A DNA stretch of 64,000 bases from Candidatus Bathyarchaeota archaeon (GTDB lineage Archaea > Thermoproteota > Bathyarchaeia > Bathyarchaeales > Bathycorpusculaceae). Shown one piece after another: positions 40,891 through 50,864 of the stretch (positions within the stretch are counted from its first letter, which is position 1; every line of letters begins with the position of its first letter). The DNA is taken from assembly GCA_963767735.1 (NCBI GenBank), contig CAVYES010000004.1, positions 480,001-544,000 on the forward strand. Direction: 5' to 3'. Under the pieces are notes generated by a model. The model searched no databases. It saw only the letters and a program-made list of their open reading frames with translations, and was not told the origin of the DNA. The position numbers and the translations under genes were made by a program.

Positions 40891-42234
40891 CTACAGCGGG
40901 TATTCTTTGCTTTTTTCCACCAGCGTCACTTTACCGGCAGCATTTCCCATAAACTTCTTGAATAACTCTGCGTTCTCAGTGTGAACTGGGAAAACCTGTT
41001 TAGCATTTATCTTTCTAAGCGCTGCCTTAAGCTGAAGAGGCATCATGTGCCCCGAGACGTGTACGTGGTACTGCGGCAAACCATAATGGCTAAGCCAATT
41101 GACCAAGCGTTCATAATCAATCTCCATTTCCTCATTGAACGGTTCCGATGCGGAAAGCACATAGCAGCTTCCGGCTACTGGCTGAATATTATTAAGTTCT
41201 TCAAAATCGTAAAAGGAAACGGCTAAAACCATTTTGCACTGCTGCTTCGAAACCTCGAACACATCGAAAATCTTGCCCTCGCCGTCAAAGCGTTCAATTA
41301 ATTTGGTCTCCCACTTTTCATACCGCTTCTTCGACTTTCGAAAAATTAATATTCCATCATCATCCAACGCTGGAACCTGCAAGTGCATGTCTTTGTGAAG
41401 TGCATCCAGCAAATAGGCTTGTTTTAGTGAAACAGCCAAGCACCGATTATTCTTCTTGGCAATTCGATAAAACGTATTGAAGCGGTCAACATCCGAGTAG
41501 CCAAACTCTGCAAGCAGGATCCCGTCAACTTGTGATGAAATCTTGTCCAGTTTGGTCTCCACTTCCACTTCGTTGGAAACTGTTGCTCCTGTCATGTTGG
41601 TGGCTTCAGTCACAATTGCCACAGGCTCAACTTCCCGAGCTTTTTCCACAAATTCTTGAGTCATCTCTGGCTTGGCACCATGATCTCGAAAATCACCCGT
41701 GTAAACTATTGTGCCATTTGAAGTGTGAATCAGAAAGCCGTAAGCGCCCGGAATTGAATGGTCAACATGGATTGGCTCAACGACTACATTATCAACTTTG
41801 ATTTTGTTGCCCGTCCTAAAAACGTTAAAGTTGATGTCTCCGACATCGAATTCCAAATCAGCACGCCGAGTTTCGCTTAGGGTTCGCAGAATAGTTTGGG
41901 TTGTTTCGCCGCAGTAGACGGGAATTTCCCGTTTAATAAATGACAAATACGCCGAATGATCAAGATGACCATGAGAGAGGAATATGGCGTTTGTTTCAGG
42001 CGGGGTTTGGTCAAACTTGTATATTCCCTGAATTTGAGGTAAGATTCCGAGTTCTTGCAGGCTTTTTTCGTTTTTAGGTGAAAGGAACGGAGGCGAATAA
42101 AACTTTTTTTTAGCGGTAAAAGACATGCCGAAATCAAAGAAAACTTTAGTGTCTTTGTCTTGAAGCAGGATTTTGTTCCCGCCAATCTCATTAACTCCGC
42201 CGTAGAAAGTTAATGTTGTCTGGTCTTTTACCAT
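40891..42234 (-). CDS. RNase J-like MBL/beta-CASP ribonuclease
   Basis: GGVNEIGGN, SHGHLDH, VDHSIPG, YTGDFR, HVSGH, PVHTE. Confidence 0.88.
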   Translation of the reverse strand: MVKDQTTLTFYGGVNEIGGNKILLQDKDTKVFFDFGMSFTAKKKFYSPPFLSPKNEKSLQELGILPQIQGIYKFDQTPPETNAIFLSHGHLDHSAYLSFIKREIPVYCGETTQTILRTLSETRRADLEFDVGDINFNVFRTGNKIKVDNVVVEPIHVDHSIPGAYGFLIHTSNGTIVYTGDFRDHGAKPEMTQEFVEKAREVEPVAIVTEATNMTGATVSNEVEVETKLDKISSQVDGILLAEFGYSDVDRFNTFYRIAKKNNRCLAVSLKQAYLLDALHKDMHLQVPALDDDGILIFRKSKKRYEKWETKLIERFDGEGKIFDVFEVSKQQCKMVLAVSFYDFEELNNIQPVAGSCYVLSASEPFNEEMEIDYERLVNWLSHYGLPQYHVHVSGHMMPLQLKAALRKINAKQVFPVHTENAELFKKFMGNAAGKVTLVEKSKEYPL

Positions 42235-42240
42235 GCGTTT

Positions 42241-43956
42241 TCACTTTGGAGCTTCTGTTTTTTTGAGGACGTTTGAAATAACTGAAATAATATTCCACAT
42301 TGTGAATATACTAAAAATCCGCGTGTACTTAGGAGCTCCGGCTTTTTTGATTACGTTGACCTCTCCGCCAGCCGTCAAGTAGCCATTGATGAACGCTTTT
42401 GCAATTGATTCAGCTTTAATGGCGCCATTAAGGGGTTGAAGGTAATGCCCCGAATAATACAGAAACACAGCGACATCCCACGACTTATCCCCCTTATCGT
42501 CTTGAGCTGCCTGCTCAAAGTCAATCATATAGATAGTGCCATCAGGTTTAACCAGCATGTTTTCCGGCTTGGAATCTCCTAAAACGACATTATGTGAATG
42601 AACCTTAGCAAGTAGTTCGCCTGCTTTCTCTATGATAGCAAGTTCCTCTTTGCATGTTTCTCGCTCTGTAGCTGTGGCTATGCGTTTGATACTTTGGCTA
42701 AGGCTTTCTCCTTCAATGTATTCCATGAAAATTAAACGCTCAGCATTGCTTACATGCAAAATCTTTGGAACCTTAAACCCTTCACTAAGCAAAAGTTCAC
42801 TTATCGCGCACTCCTTCGCAAGTCTAGCCTGGGCTGTAATGGCTAAAGGTTTTGCGCGTCTTGTACCAAGAGACCATATCGTTAACGGGAACCATTTGAA
42901 TCCAGACCAATCCTTAAAGCGTTTTGCCAGTACCTTCCTTTCAGCGCCATGCCCACGAACATTAATCAAGTAGACATCATTTAGCATTCCGCCGATGGGT
43001 TCAACTTCAACGTCTTCGCTTGGGTCTTTCAAAAGCATCTTTTGAACATATCCTTTAATGTCGATTTTATCTGCTAATGAAATCAACCCTTCTGAAGTTT
43101 GAAAGAAAACGTATTTTTGAGGATCTATAAATAGGTAGGATGAATCAGGCACTTTTCTCCAATTAATCTTTTGAGACTTCACGAAATCCTCAGTATTTTG
43201 GGAAATAATATTTATTAACTGAGGAAAAGTCCCGAATAATGATGTGAAGATTCTTCTTGGAGCGTTTTTTGACAAGTTAAGCAGTTTGATTATTGGATCC
43301 TGGCATTCTACTAAAAATCGCTTTGACATCCTTACGTAACCATTTGAGAAATAAATTTTTTCTTCCGCTTCTAGTTGCCTTAAAGCGTTATTGTAACTGA
43401 TTAAGTTTTCAGCTTCATTTAATGTAAGTCCCTTAACTAGGTCTTCGGCGTTATAGCTAAGTAAAGGGAAAATTCGGATTCTGTTCAAGAGCACCTCATA
43501 CATGAAGTATTGCGGTTTAATTTGAAAATGCTGCGTAAGCTCAGGAAAACTGGAAGCTAAATTTTGGAGTAACTCCAAAATTAAACGTTTCTTTAACGTC
43601 ACTTCTTTACTCATTAAATAGTCTTCGCCATAAAGAGGAGAGTGGGGGAAAATTAGTTTACTTGCAATGGCTTCGCCCAGAAGGCCTATTCCGATGTCTC
43701 GCTCGAAAATCCATTGATCAACCGCAAGAACAAAAATGGTTTGTTCATTGAATGTTTTTATGTATCTCATTATTCTTGGTTGAAAATTTTTGATTACAAG
43801 CATTACGTCGATTATTGTTTTCTCATTGATTGTTTTGTTTGAATAGTTGTCAACGTGGGCTATAGCGGTGATACTTGCGGAGCCTGCGACATGTCTACAA
43901 AACTCGAGTATTTGGTTATTTAATTCATCGTTTGTGAGGTTGCTAATTTGTTTCAA
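42241..43956 (-). CDS. Bud32/RIO-like protein kinase with a large N-terminal extension
   Basis: LAKRF, FMEYIEG, H..GDSKPEN, IDFEQA, WDVA. Confidence 0.8.
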   Translation of the reverse strand: MKQISNLTNDELNNQILEFCRHVAGSASITAIAHVDNYSNKTINEKTIIDVMLVIKNFQPRIMRYIKTFNEQTIFVLAVDQWIFERDIGIGLLGEAIASKLIFPHSPLYGEDYLMSKEVTLKKRLILELLQNLASSFPELTQHFQIKPQYFMYEVLLNRIRIFPLLSYNAEDLVKGLTLNEAENLISYNNALRQLEAEEKIYFSNGYVRMSKRFLVECQDPIIKLLNLSKNAPRRIFTSLFGTFPQLINIISQNTEDFVKSQKINWRKVPDSSYLFIDPQKYVFFQTSEGLISLADKIDIKGYVQKMLLKDPSEDVEVEPIGGMLNDVYLINVRGHGAERKVLAKRFKDWSGFKWFPLTIWSLGTRRAKPLAITAQARLAKECAISELLLSEGFKVPKILHVSNAERLIFMEYIEGESLSQSIKRIATATERETCKEELAIIEKAGELLAKVHSHNVVLGDSKPENMLVKPDGTIYMIDFEQAAQDDKGDKSWDVAVFLYYSGHYLQPLNGAIKAESIAKAFINGYLTAGGEVNVIKKAGAPKYTRIFSIFTMWNIISVISNVLKKTEAPK

Positions 43957-44087
43957 TTGAGTCTTCCAATATAGAATTAACTGTGGATATATTTAAAACA
44001 CGGTTGTCAAAAGTTGGCAAGTAACTTTTTGGGTAAATACCAAAGCCAAGAAAAGGCTACTTTCCTCCCGAAACGCCCTTATTTTTC

Positions 44088-44522
44088 TTAGCGCATTTGT
44101 AATGCTAAGTGGTTCGTTTGTGCACTTATCCCTTTCTTAGCTATCATAGCTACACCCGGCTGGGCAGACGGCTCCATAGTTTCTGTGTTTGTTTGTGTTC
44201 CTATTTTTCGGCATATCAAGTTTAGAGACTCTTCAGTGAAGTTCAGCATGTTTTGTCCATCGCTTGTCAAGCTGTAAATTTTTCTTGGCCTATCAAAGTT
44301 CATGTTCCACTCGCTTTTTACGAAGCCTTTCTTTTCAAGAGTATTTAGCAGGGGATAGACGGTGCTTGGGCCGAAGTATACGCCAAAGTTTTTGCGGGTT
44401 TTGGTTATTATTTGGTATCCGTGCATCGGTTGTCCGCTTAGAAACTGCAGTATTATCAGGTCTAGTAGGCCTTTGGTTAGTTTGGTTGAAACCTCTTTTT
44501 GAGAATTTATCGCTTTTAACAT
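44088..44522 (-). CDS. PadR-family transcriptional regulator (paralog of 6777-7178)
   Basis: KLTKGLLDLIILQFL..MHGYQII..FGPSTVYP. Confidence 0.93.
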   Translation of the reverse strand: MLKAINSQKEVSTKLTKGLLDLIILQFLSGQPMHGYQIITKTRKNFGVYFGPSTVYPLLNTLEKKGFVKSEWNMNFDRPRKIYSLTSDGQNMLNFTEESLNLICRKIGTQTNTETMEPSAQPGVAMIAKKGISAQTNHLALQMR

Positions 44523-44557
44523 TTTTCTCTTTCTCCTCAAGTGTTTATCTGTCGAAC

Positions 44558-44662
44558 AGTTTTGCTGTTCTACGTATATACAATATGTCCTTTTTCGGAC
44601 ATATCTTGAGTATGTAATATTAATAGACGCTAATATAAAGCTTCATACATAACCTAAGCATA
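44558..44662 (-). promoter_or_regulatory. Conserved promoter/leader of PadR paralog 2, with perfect inverted repeat
   Basis: ATATGTCC-N6-GGACATAT at 44583-44604; similar to 6652-6754. Confidence 0.65.
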
Positions 44663-44762
44663 CACTAACATACCAACGCAATATGCAATAAAGCAAAATT
44701 AACGCAAACTAAATAAATCGAAACGTAAAACAGTCCCTATTATCGCCGACAGGAAAGAAACT

Positions 44763-45095
44763 ATGTCTGAAAGATACAGAAAAGAAATTGTACAACACAT
44801 AATCAGAAACTTACTTGACATGCAACTTTTACGAATAGTACAAGCTCAACCAACATGGGGATATAACATCAAAAAACAAGTAGAAGCAGATTTCAGCATA
44901 AAACTAAGACATAGCGCACTCTACCCCGCGTTAAACTCTCTTGAGCAAAGAGGGTTTCTTGAAAGCAAAAAGCAGCAAAAAGATGGGCGTTCCCGCAAAG
45001 TCTACGCCATAACCGAAAACGGCAAAACTTACCTACAAACCTACTACGATATACTTCAAAGTCAATGCGGCAGTGAAACTGTAAAAACCAGTTAA
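44763..45095 (+). CDS. PadR-family transcriptional regulator
   Basis: WGYNI..LYPALNSLEQRGFL..RKVYAITENG. Confidence 0.9.
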   Translation: MSERYRKEIVQHIIRNLLDMQLLRIVQAQPTWGYNIKKQVEADFSIKLRHSALYPALNSLEQRGFLESKKQQKDGRSRKVYAITENGKTYLQTYYDILQSQCGSETVKTS

Positions 45096-45226
45096 GCTTA
45101 ACCTGCGTTGTTCCTAAGAAAATTTTGTTTTTGAATCATTTTGTACACGTTAACTGCGTAGTCAATGGATAAGCATGAAAAAGCTTTTATTCTAAAAAAG
45201 ATGACAAGGAATCAGAGGGAAAAGCG

Positions 45227-45895
45227 ATGAATTTAGAATCAAGCAAGACCTTGGGCGGCGTTGGAGCGATACTAATCTTAATAGGTTCATTGGTTTCCAC
45301 CTATACTTTTGGTGTTCTTGATCTTATTGGCGTAATAATGGTTTTCATTGCACTGAACGGTTTAGCGAACTATTATAAAGAAAGTGGCATATTTACTAAC
45401 GCGATTTACAGCCTCGTTGCAGGTATAGTAGGCGTAGTAGTAGCGGTTGCGGCGGCTCTCTACATAATTTTTGACACATCCCTAGTTACAAACCTGATTC
45501 GAGATGTTTATCCGACGTGGAACGGCAGCTGGTCAACAATTTCATCATTACGCGGTATGACCCCAACCACTTCAAATATACCCATGGGCGATGTTACATC
45601 AGCATTAGGGGCGATATTTTTAGTCGTAGTGGTTCTATGGGTTTTCGCTATTGTCGCAGCGTTCTTCGCCAGACGATCACTCAAAACACTTTCATCAAAA
45701 GCAAGTGTAGGCTTATTCTCAACGGGTGCCTTACTGCTTATAATTGGTGCATTTCTATTAATAATTTTCATAGGCGCTATTCTAATGTGGATCGCAGTAC
45801 TGTTAATTGCAATCGCCTTCTTCCAAATAAAACCGCAACCCGAACAACCCATGACAACAATGACTCCTCCACAATCAACACCGATGCCAACTTAA
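45227..45895 (+). CDS. DUF996 family membrane protein
   Basis: KTLGGVGAIL..LANYYKE..IFTN..IAFF. Confidence 0.85.
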   Translation: MNLESSKTLGGVGAILILIGSLVSTYTFGVLDLIGVIMVFIALNGLANYYKESGIFTNAIYSLVAGIVGVVVAVAAALYIIFDTSLVTNLIRDVYPTWNGSWSTISSLRGMTPTTSNIPMGDVTSALGAIFLVVVVLWVFAIVAAFFARRSLKTLSSKASVGLFSTGALLLIIGAFLLIIFIGAILMWIAVLLIAIAFFQIKPQPEQPMTTMTPPQSTPMPT

Positions 45896-46220
45896 AACCC
45901 AAAAAAACTCCATTTTTTTATTTTTTGTTTCTACAGCAAAGCGCTTATTTTCACGTGGATTGATCTCATGCGGGAGAGCTTGGATGAAAAGAGGCGAAGC
46001 GAGAGCTCTGTTGATTGGAAATATTGTTTCTAGCTTCATAAATCCTAAATGTTAAAGCGCCAATTTTTCAGTGAAAATTCATGTTGACTATTCCCATAGA
46101 GGTTCTGCGGTTAGACGCAGAAAATGCAGCAGCCACATTGCAAGAAAAGAAACTGGCAATAGCGAATATACATTGCGTTTCAGCACCATTTGATCTATCT
46201 ATCCTCAGGATGAAATAAAT

Positions 46221-48056
46221 ATGAAGAAACTACAAATCATAATAATCGCATTTCTAATTTCGTTATCAATCTGTGCATTCGCAAGTATGCAAGTCAAAGC
46301 TGATCCTTGGTATCAAGTGTCTTTCATTCAGACTGGAATAAGCAGCGAAGCTGGTTCTAACACTGTTCTTACGGTGGGAGAAGAAACGTACGCTTGGAAT
46401 ACTTTGCCCACTAACCTTTGGGTTGATAATGGAACAACATTTACTTGGTCATCTACTGTCGCAGGCAATTCAGGTGAGCAATTTGCTTTGACGAGCGATG
46501 ACGGCGGTCTTACTTCGCCCATAACAGCCTCAGGAACAGAGTCGGCGACTTACACGACTCAGTACCAAGTGACTTTTGATGCTTCAAGCAACGTTAAAGG
46601 GGACAGTTCCGCTACTATCGTGACTGTCAACGGGGTTTCTGAGACCGCGACAAGTTTGCCTTATAGCGTGTGGGTTGACAGCGGCAGTTCAGTTACGTAT
46701 AATTTTGCGAGTCCAGTGGCCAGTTCTTCAGCGACCAATACTCAGTATCGTTGGGGTACCACGAGTGGGCTTGATACGTCTCAGTCCGATATTTTGACTG
46801 TTACGGTTGCTGGCACGGTTACTGGCAACTACGTGACTCAGTATGATTTGCAGTTTGCTCAGTCAGGTCTCGATAGTTCGGCGCAGGGTGATATCGTCTC
46901 CGTCACCGTGGGAGCTAACCCAACGGTCAACCTAGTTCAAAGCCAGTTCCCCTACGACTTTGGCTACGTGGACCAAGGCACGACTATAACGTACACTTTC
47001 ACCTCTACGGTCGGCAGCTCTAACAGCGGTGAGCAGTTTGTTCTTACTACGCCAGCAGCTACACCTGCATCAGGTTTTTCTCTTGATGGAGCGACTACCG
47101 TTACTGGCACCTACCAAACTCAGTTCTTGGTGACTTTTGTCGCGAGTCCTTCTGGTAGCGGGTCAACGTCTCCTGCCGGCACCAATGTTTGGGAGAATGC
47201 CGGTACTCTTTCCTTAACAGCTACACCTAACGCCGGTTACACTTTTTCCACTTGGTCGTCTAACACTGAATCAATCACATTTAACAATGCTAATTCTGCT
47301 TCAGCAACAGCGACGATAGGCGGAACAGGTACCATCACTGCGACTTTCGCTATTAACACCTACACGATTACGGTTACTCAGGGGTCAAATGGTCAGATTT
47401 CTCCTGGTACAAATTCTGTTAATTATGGCGCTACTGCGAGCTACATCATTACGCCTGCCACTAACTATTTCATTGCAAGCATAACTGTTGATGGTTCTTC
47501 AGTAGCGGTTACTTCATCTTTGGGTCAAACAGTTGGCTTCACTAATGTTCAGGCTGATCACTCGATCACTGCAACTTACGCGCCAAACAACTATAGGCTC
47601 ACAGTATACACAAATGGTCAAGGCTCAGTAACTCCTGGCAACGGAACCTACCCATACGACACTGTGGTTAATTTGACAGCGACAAGCGCGGACGGCTGGA
47701 CTTTTGAAGGCTGGAGCAGCGAAGCTACCGGTCTAACAACCACAGTTAACATGAGTGCGGATCAGACGATAACCGCCGATTTTATGCAAAATCTTCCAAC
47801 AACTCCTACGCCAACTCCGACTCCAACATCTACGGTTAGTCCCACACCTGCACCAACCCCAACGCCAACAACCCCGTCTACACCTACAAGCACCCCTACC
47901 GCAACAGCTAAACCGCCTGCAGCAACCCAGACGCTTTTACTTGCGGCAATGGGTCAATTCCTCCCTGTCATAGCGGCTGTAATCATCCTCGGAGCCATAA
48001 TAACAGGGTTGCTCTTTCAGAAAAGAAAACGCCCAAACATAATCGTTCTAAGTTAA
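46221..48056 (+). CDS. Cell-surface protein with InlB B-repeat-like domains, PT linker and C-terminal anchor
   Basis: Signal peptide, TQYQVTF repeats, ATPNAGYTFSTW, GWTFEGWS, TM + KRKR. Confidence 0.85.
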   Translation: MKKLQIIIIAFLISLSICAFASMQVKADPWYQVSFIQTGISSEAGSNTVLTVGEETYAWNTLPTNLWVDNGTTFTWSSTVAGNSGEQFALTSDDGGLTSPITASGTESATYTTQYQVTFDASSNVKGDSSATIVTVNGVSETATSLPYSVWVDSGSSVTYNFASPVASSSATNTQYRWGTTSGLDTSQSDILTVTVAGTVTGNYVTQYDLQFAQSGLDSSAQGDIVSVTVGANPTVNLVQSQFPYDFGYVDQGTTITYTFTSTVGSSNSGEQFVLTTPAATPASGFSLDGATTVTGTYQTQFLVTFVASPSGSGSTSPAGTNVWENAGTLSLTATPNAGYTFSTWSSNTESITFNNANSASATATIGGTGTITATFAINTYTITVTQGSNGQISPGTNSVNYGATASYIITPATNYFIASITVDGSSVAVTSSLGQTVGFTNVQADHSITATYAPNNYRLTVYTNGQGSVTPGNGTYPYDTVVNLTATSADGWTFEGWSSEATGLTTTVNMSADQTITADFMQNLPTTPTPTPTPTSTVSPTPAPTPTPTTPSTPTSTPTATAKPPAATQTLLLAAMGQFLPVIAAVIILGAIITGLLFQKRKRPNIIVLS

Positions 48057-48171
48057 AAGAAGGCAAAAAGTCCTTATCTATTTTATTTATTTAGTACTTG
48101 GCTTCTAATTAGGGCTTTTGTGTGTGCGCTACATTCTACCCCCCGGTCTGCTAGATGCTCCTATTAGATGC

Positions 48172-48354
48172 CTAACATGATTCAACATAGTTCAACATAG
48201 ACGAAAGGTCCCGCACTTTCTATGCAGAACAGTGCTTTTTCAACATGGATGCGTGTTTTTTACTTGCTTTTTTATAGGTGTGCTATTGCATAAGAGACGA
48301 TTGTTAACACGCAAAGTGCGATGCATATGGGTGCCCCCGCTTTTCTTGAAAAAA
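48172..48354. repeat. Short direct repeats and GC-motif cluster at the island edge
   Basis: TTCAACATAG x2 in tandem (48181-48200), TTCAACATGG (48239), AGGTCCCGC (48206, again at 52950), CCCGC..TCTTGAAAAA (about 48336, again about 52954). Confidence 0.5.
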
Positions 48355-48512
48355 TCGTCGCGTAATATTCCGAAATCTCAGTCTTTAGGGCCGATTTGAG
48401 CCCTCTAAAGCAACGTCTTACCCTAAAATCCACTGGACTCTACCTTCTCCAAGCCAATTAGAAAAGTTGCTCCTAATAAATTTCGTTCCGCACCTGTAAT
48501 ATGGCTGAAAGC

Positions 48513-48710
48513 TTAAGATTTCATTTCACGCTTGTTTTGCGTTCGAGCTAACAAAGCACCTGATATGCCTAAAACAAAACCTAGTAACTCTAAACCCGCG
48601 GTGGCACCATCGTATGGGGCTTTTAAAGCAAAAAATTCAATCCCCAAATAGATTAGGACTGCCGAACCAACTGCAAAAAGAAAAAACCCCGCCAATCTTA
48701 AACGTCTCAT
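48513..48710 (-). CDS. Small 2-TM membrane protein (array gene A)
   Basis: Two hydrophobic helices; own TATA-like box upstream. Confidence 0.65.
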   Translation of the reverse strand: MRRLRLAGFFLFAVGSAVLIYLGIEFFALKAPYDGATAGLELLGFVLGISGALLARTQNKREMKS

Positions 48711-48788
48711 GATGTGCACGAACTTTGTATTAGTTTGAACCTAGCTTAAAAAATTTTATTCTCAAGAAAGTAGAGGACTATGAAGCCA

Positions 48789-48806
48789 ACCGTGGGGAAA
48801 GGTCTT
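48789..48806 (-). repeat. Inter-gene motif, copy 1 (AAGACCTTTCCCCACGGT)
   Basis: Directly after the stop of 48807-49127. Confidence 0.7.
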
Positions 48807-49127
48807 TCATTCTGTTATGTATTTGACCTGCTTTTGGAGTTTGAACGCTAAGTAAAGGTTTAGAATCACCGCAAGTATGAGTAAAATCAGACCAAAATTA
48901 AAGTCATTAAAAACTAGAATATCATATCCTGCTTTTGTACCGCCAAACTGGATGGATACGGGAAAGTGAGAGTTTACTGCTACCTGATACATCCCATTTA
49001 ACCCTGAATATTCAGCCCAATTCCAAAGCAAGTATAATGCAATAAAAAAAGCGTTAGATAAAACCATTAACTTGAATTCTTTTTTGAGCATTCCTGACCA
49101 ACTTGAAATAATATGTTTATTATCCAA
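48807..49127 (-). CDS. Small 2-TM membrane protein (array gene B)
   Basis: N..Y..W..N..ILN module shared with the repeats in 49592-50395. Confidence 0.7.
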   Translation of the reverse strand: MDNKHIISSWSGMLKKEFKLMVLSNAFFIALYLLWNWAEYSGLNGMYQVAVNSHFPVSIQFGGTKAGYDILVFNDFNFGLILLILAVILNLYLAFKLQKQVKYITE

Positions 49128-49208
49128 TTGGTTACTAACCGCTTTTATGACTTATGATTAGAACGATTGTACTTAAAATTAAAACGTGCTAGACGGTTGG
49201 TACACCCT

Positions 49209-49227
49209 ACTGTGGGAAAAGGTCTTA
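49209..49227 (-). repeat. Inter-gene motif, copy 2 (TAAGACCTTTTCCCACAGT)
   Basis: Starts with a TAA that closes a short relic frame. Confidence 0.7.
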
Positions 49228-49261
49228 CTTACCAATTACGGTTTTTTCGATAGGGTTGCAA

Positions 49262-49510
49262 CTAGGCATCATTGTCAAAATAATGAAAACCTAACTCCCT
49301 TAATCCAAGAACAATAAGCACAATTCCAAGAATCGCGAATGTTACGGCAATAACAATTGCGAACCATACAGGTACGGTGTTTGCAGGTAGGGTGCTTGCA
49401 TATGTAAAACTACTAAACATTTCGCTATATATTCCGAGACCGATTCCAATAAGCAGTAAAGCGATTCCTATAATTAGTATTATTTCACCAAAGCCTTTGT
49501 TACCCAACAA
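49262..49510 (-). CDS. Small 2-TM membrane protein (array gene C)
   Basis: Two hydrophobic helices; SD-like GGGA before TTG. Confidence 0.65.
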   Translation of the reverse strand: MLGNKGFGEIILIIGIALLLIGIGLGIYSEMFSSFTYASTLPANTVPVWFAIVIAVTFAILGIVLIVLGLRELGFHYFDNDA

Positions 49511-49576
49511 TCAATCCCTGTCGGTTTTAATTAGTAATACCTTCCTACATTCAGGTTTTAAGTTTTTGTATCGCTT

Positions 49577-49594
49577 GACGTGGGAAAAGCTCTA
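49577..49594 (-). repeat. Inter-gene motif, copy 3 (TAGAGCTTTTCCCACGTC)
   Basis: Begins at the stop codon of 49592-50395. Confidence 0.65.
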
Positions 49595-50395
49595 CAAATG
49601 GTTGATACTAACTTGCTTAATGACTTTAATCACTATCAACACGTTCAGAATTAATGCTAAAGCAAAAATGAGTAAAGGCATATTGATGTATGTTAAAGTA
49701 TCGCTGTAATTTATTGTGAAGGAACTTACCCATAAACCGTAATGTGAACTTATTGTGTGTCCATTTGTCATGTCATACCATACAAAATCTTCCAGCCCAA
49801 TGTAGGCAACTATCAAAAGAAAGTTAAGCAAAATAGCCATCGGCACATTCAACCAACCACTTCTTGGGTTGATATTGCCCGAGTTTCTGCTTTTTAGCGT
49901 CATTATAGAGATGAAAACGATATTTACAATACATGCTGTTATGAAAAAGCATAGAGGTGTATTTTGGAAAAAGAAAGTACCCGTACCAGCACCCGATAAT
50001 GGGAAATAGTAAAAAGTATTTATCAAAAAGTTGTATGTCGGATAGTATCCACTAAAATTAATTACACCTTCCATGTTAAACCATGCCAAAGCATCAAACG
50101 ATATATAGAGAATAAGCAATAGGATATTGAGAAAAATAGCCCCTTTAAGCCAATCACTTAGTTCGTCACTTTTCAAAGTTTTCTTTATGGTGTTTGTTAT
50201 AGCAGTAAAGCTCAGAAGAATAAGGAAGCTACCTATTGCAATGCAAATTAGACTTCCGAAGTAAAGTAAAAATGCAGAAAATAAGTTATAGGGTTCAGCT
50301 CCGGGCAGTAATGCTTCATGCAAAAATAGACTCCCAAATATAATGATAACTATTCCCGCTGTTGTAAATTGAGCGTTGATTTTCGGCAGTTTCAT
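49592..50395 (-). CDS. 6-TM membrane protein built from three 2-TM modules (array gene D)
   Basis: Internal repeat LN.LL..Y...W..M...N.PL..(I/L).N occurring twice. Confidence 0.75.
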   Translation of the reverse strand: MKLPKINAQFTTAGIVIIIFGSLFLHEALLPGAEPYNLFSAFLLYFGSLICIAIGSFLILLSFTAITNTIKKTLKSDELSDWLKGAIFLNILLLILYISFDALAWFNMEGVINFSGYYPTYNFLINTFYYFPLSGAGTGTFFFQNTPLCFFITACIVNIVFISIMTLKSRNSGNINPRSGWLNVPMAILLNFLLIVAYIGLEDFVWYDMTNGHTISSHYGLWVSSFTINYSDTLTYINMPLLIFALALILNVLIVIKVIKQVSINHL

Positions 50396-50497
50396 GTTGT
50401 CACTTGTTCTCTTTTTTTAGAATAAAAGGCTATTCGTAAAAGTTCCTTGACTGGCATTAGTCAAACTTTCTTGACTGATAGGGATCAGTATACACTT

Positions 50498-50513
50498 GCT
50501 TGGGAAGAGGTTA
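50498..50513 (-). repeat. Inter-gene motif, copy 4 (TAACCTCTTCCCAAGC)
   Basis: Upstream of the gene D promoter; same orientation as copies 1-3. Confidence 0.55.
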
Positions 50514-50615
50514 AGTTATTTCTGATAGTTTGACAGGTGGATAAATAAAAAAGTCCAGAATGTGCTTAATCTGTCTCTCAAGCACTTTTTTCAACAGTTT
50601 TTGGAGGTGAAAAAA

Positions 50616-50864
50616 ATGCATAAACAAAGAAATTGCAAAATCTGCAAGTCAGACTTCGCAATAGTTTTACTTTTCATGAACCATTGCAATCACATGCCTT
50701 ATGTAGAACTAATCGAGAGATATGAAAAATACATCCCACGTCTGAATTTATATAATATCTCTACCCATTTCAATAGACACATGGAGCAAAAAGATATCAT
50801 TGAAGATGAAGCTTGCAAAAAACGTTTTGACAAAGAAAAGCAAGAACCGCAAGCTAACGATTAA
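50616..50864 (+). CDS. CxxC...HxxxH zinc-binding protein (viral terminase-small-subunit-like N-terminus?)
   Basis: SD GGAGGTG; CKIC..ISTHFNRH. Confidence 0.55.
   Translation: MHKQRNCKICKSDFAIVLLFMNHCNHMPYVELIERYEKYIPRLNLYNISTHFNRHMEQKDIIEDEACKKRFDKEKQEPQAND

Noticed and set aside
47790-47930. CCAAC-rich repeats here and at 51120-51290 and 14590-14660
   Set aside because: Explained by Pro/Thr linker coding in surface proteins.
48780-50515. Repeated motif as a CRISPR array or classical attC sites
   Set aside because: Copies are short, degenerate and separated by whole genes; no attC palindrome, cas gene or intI gene in the window.
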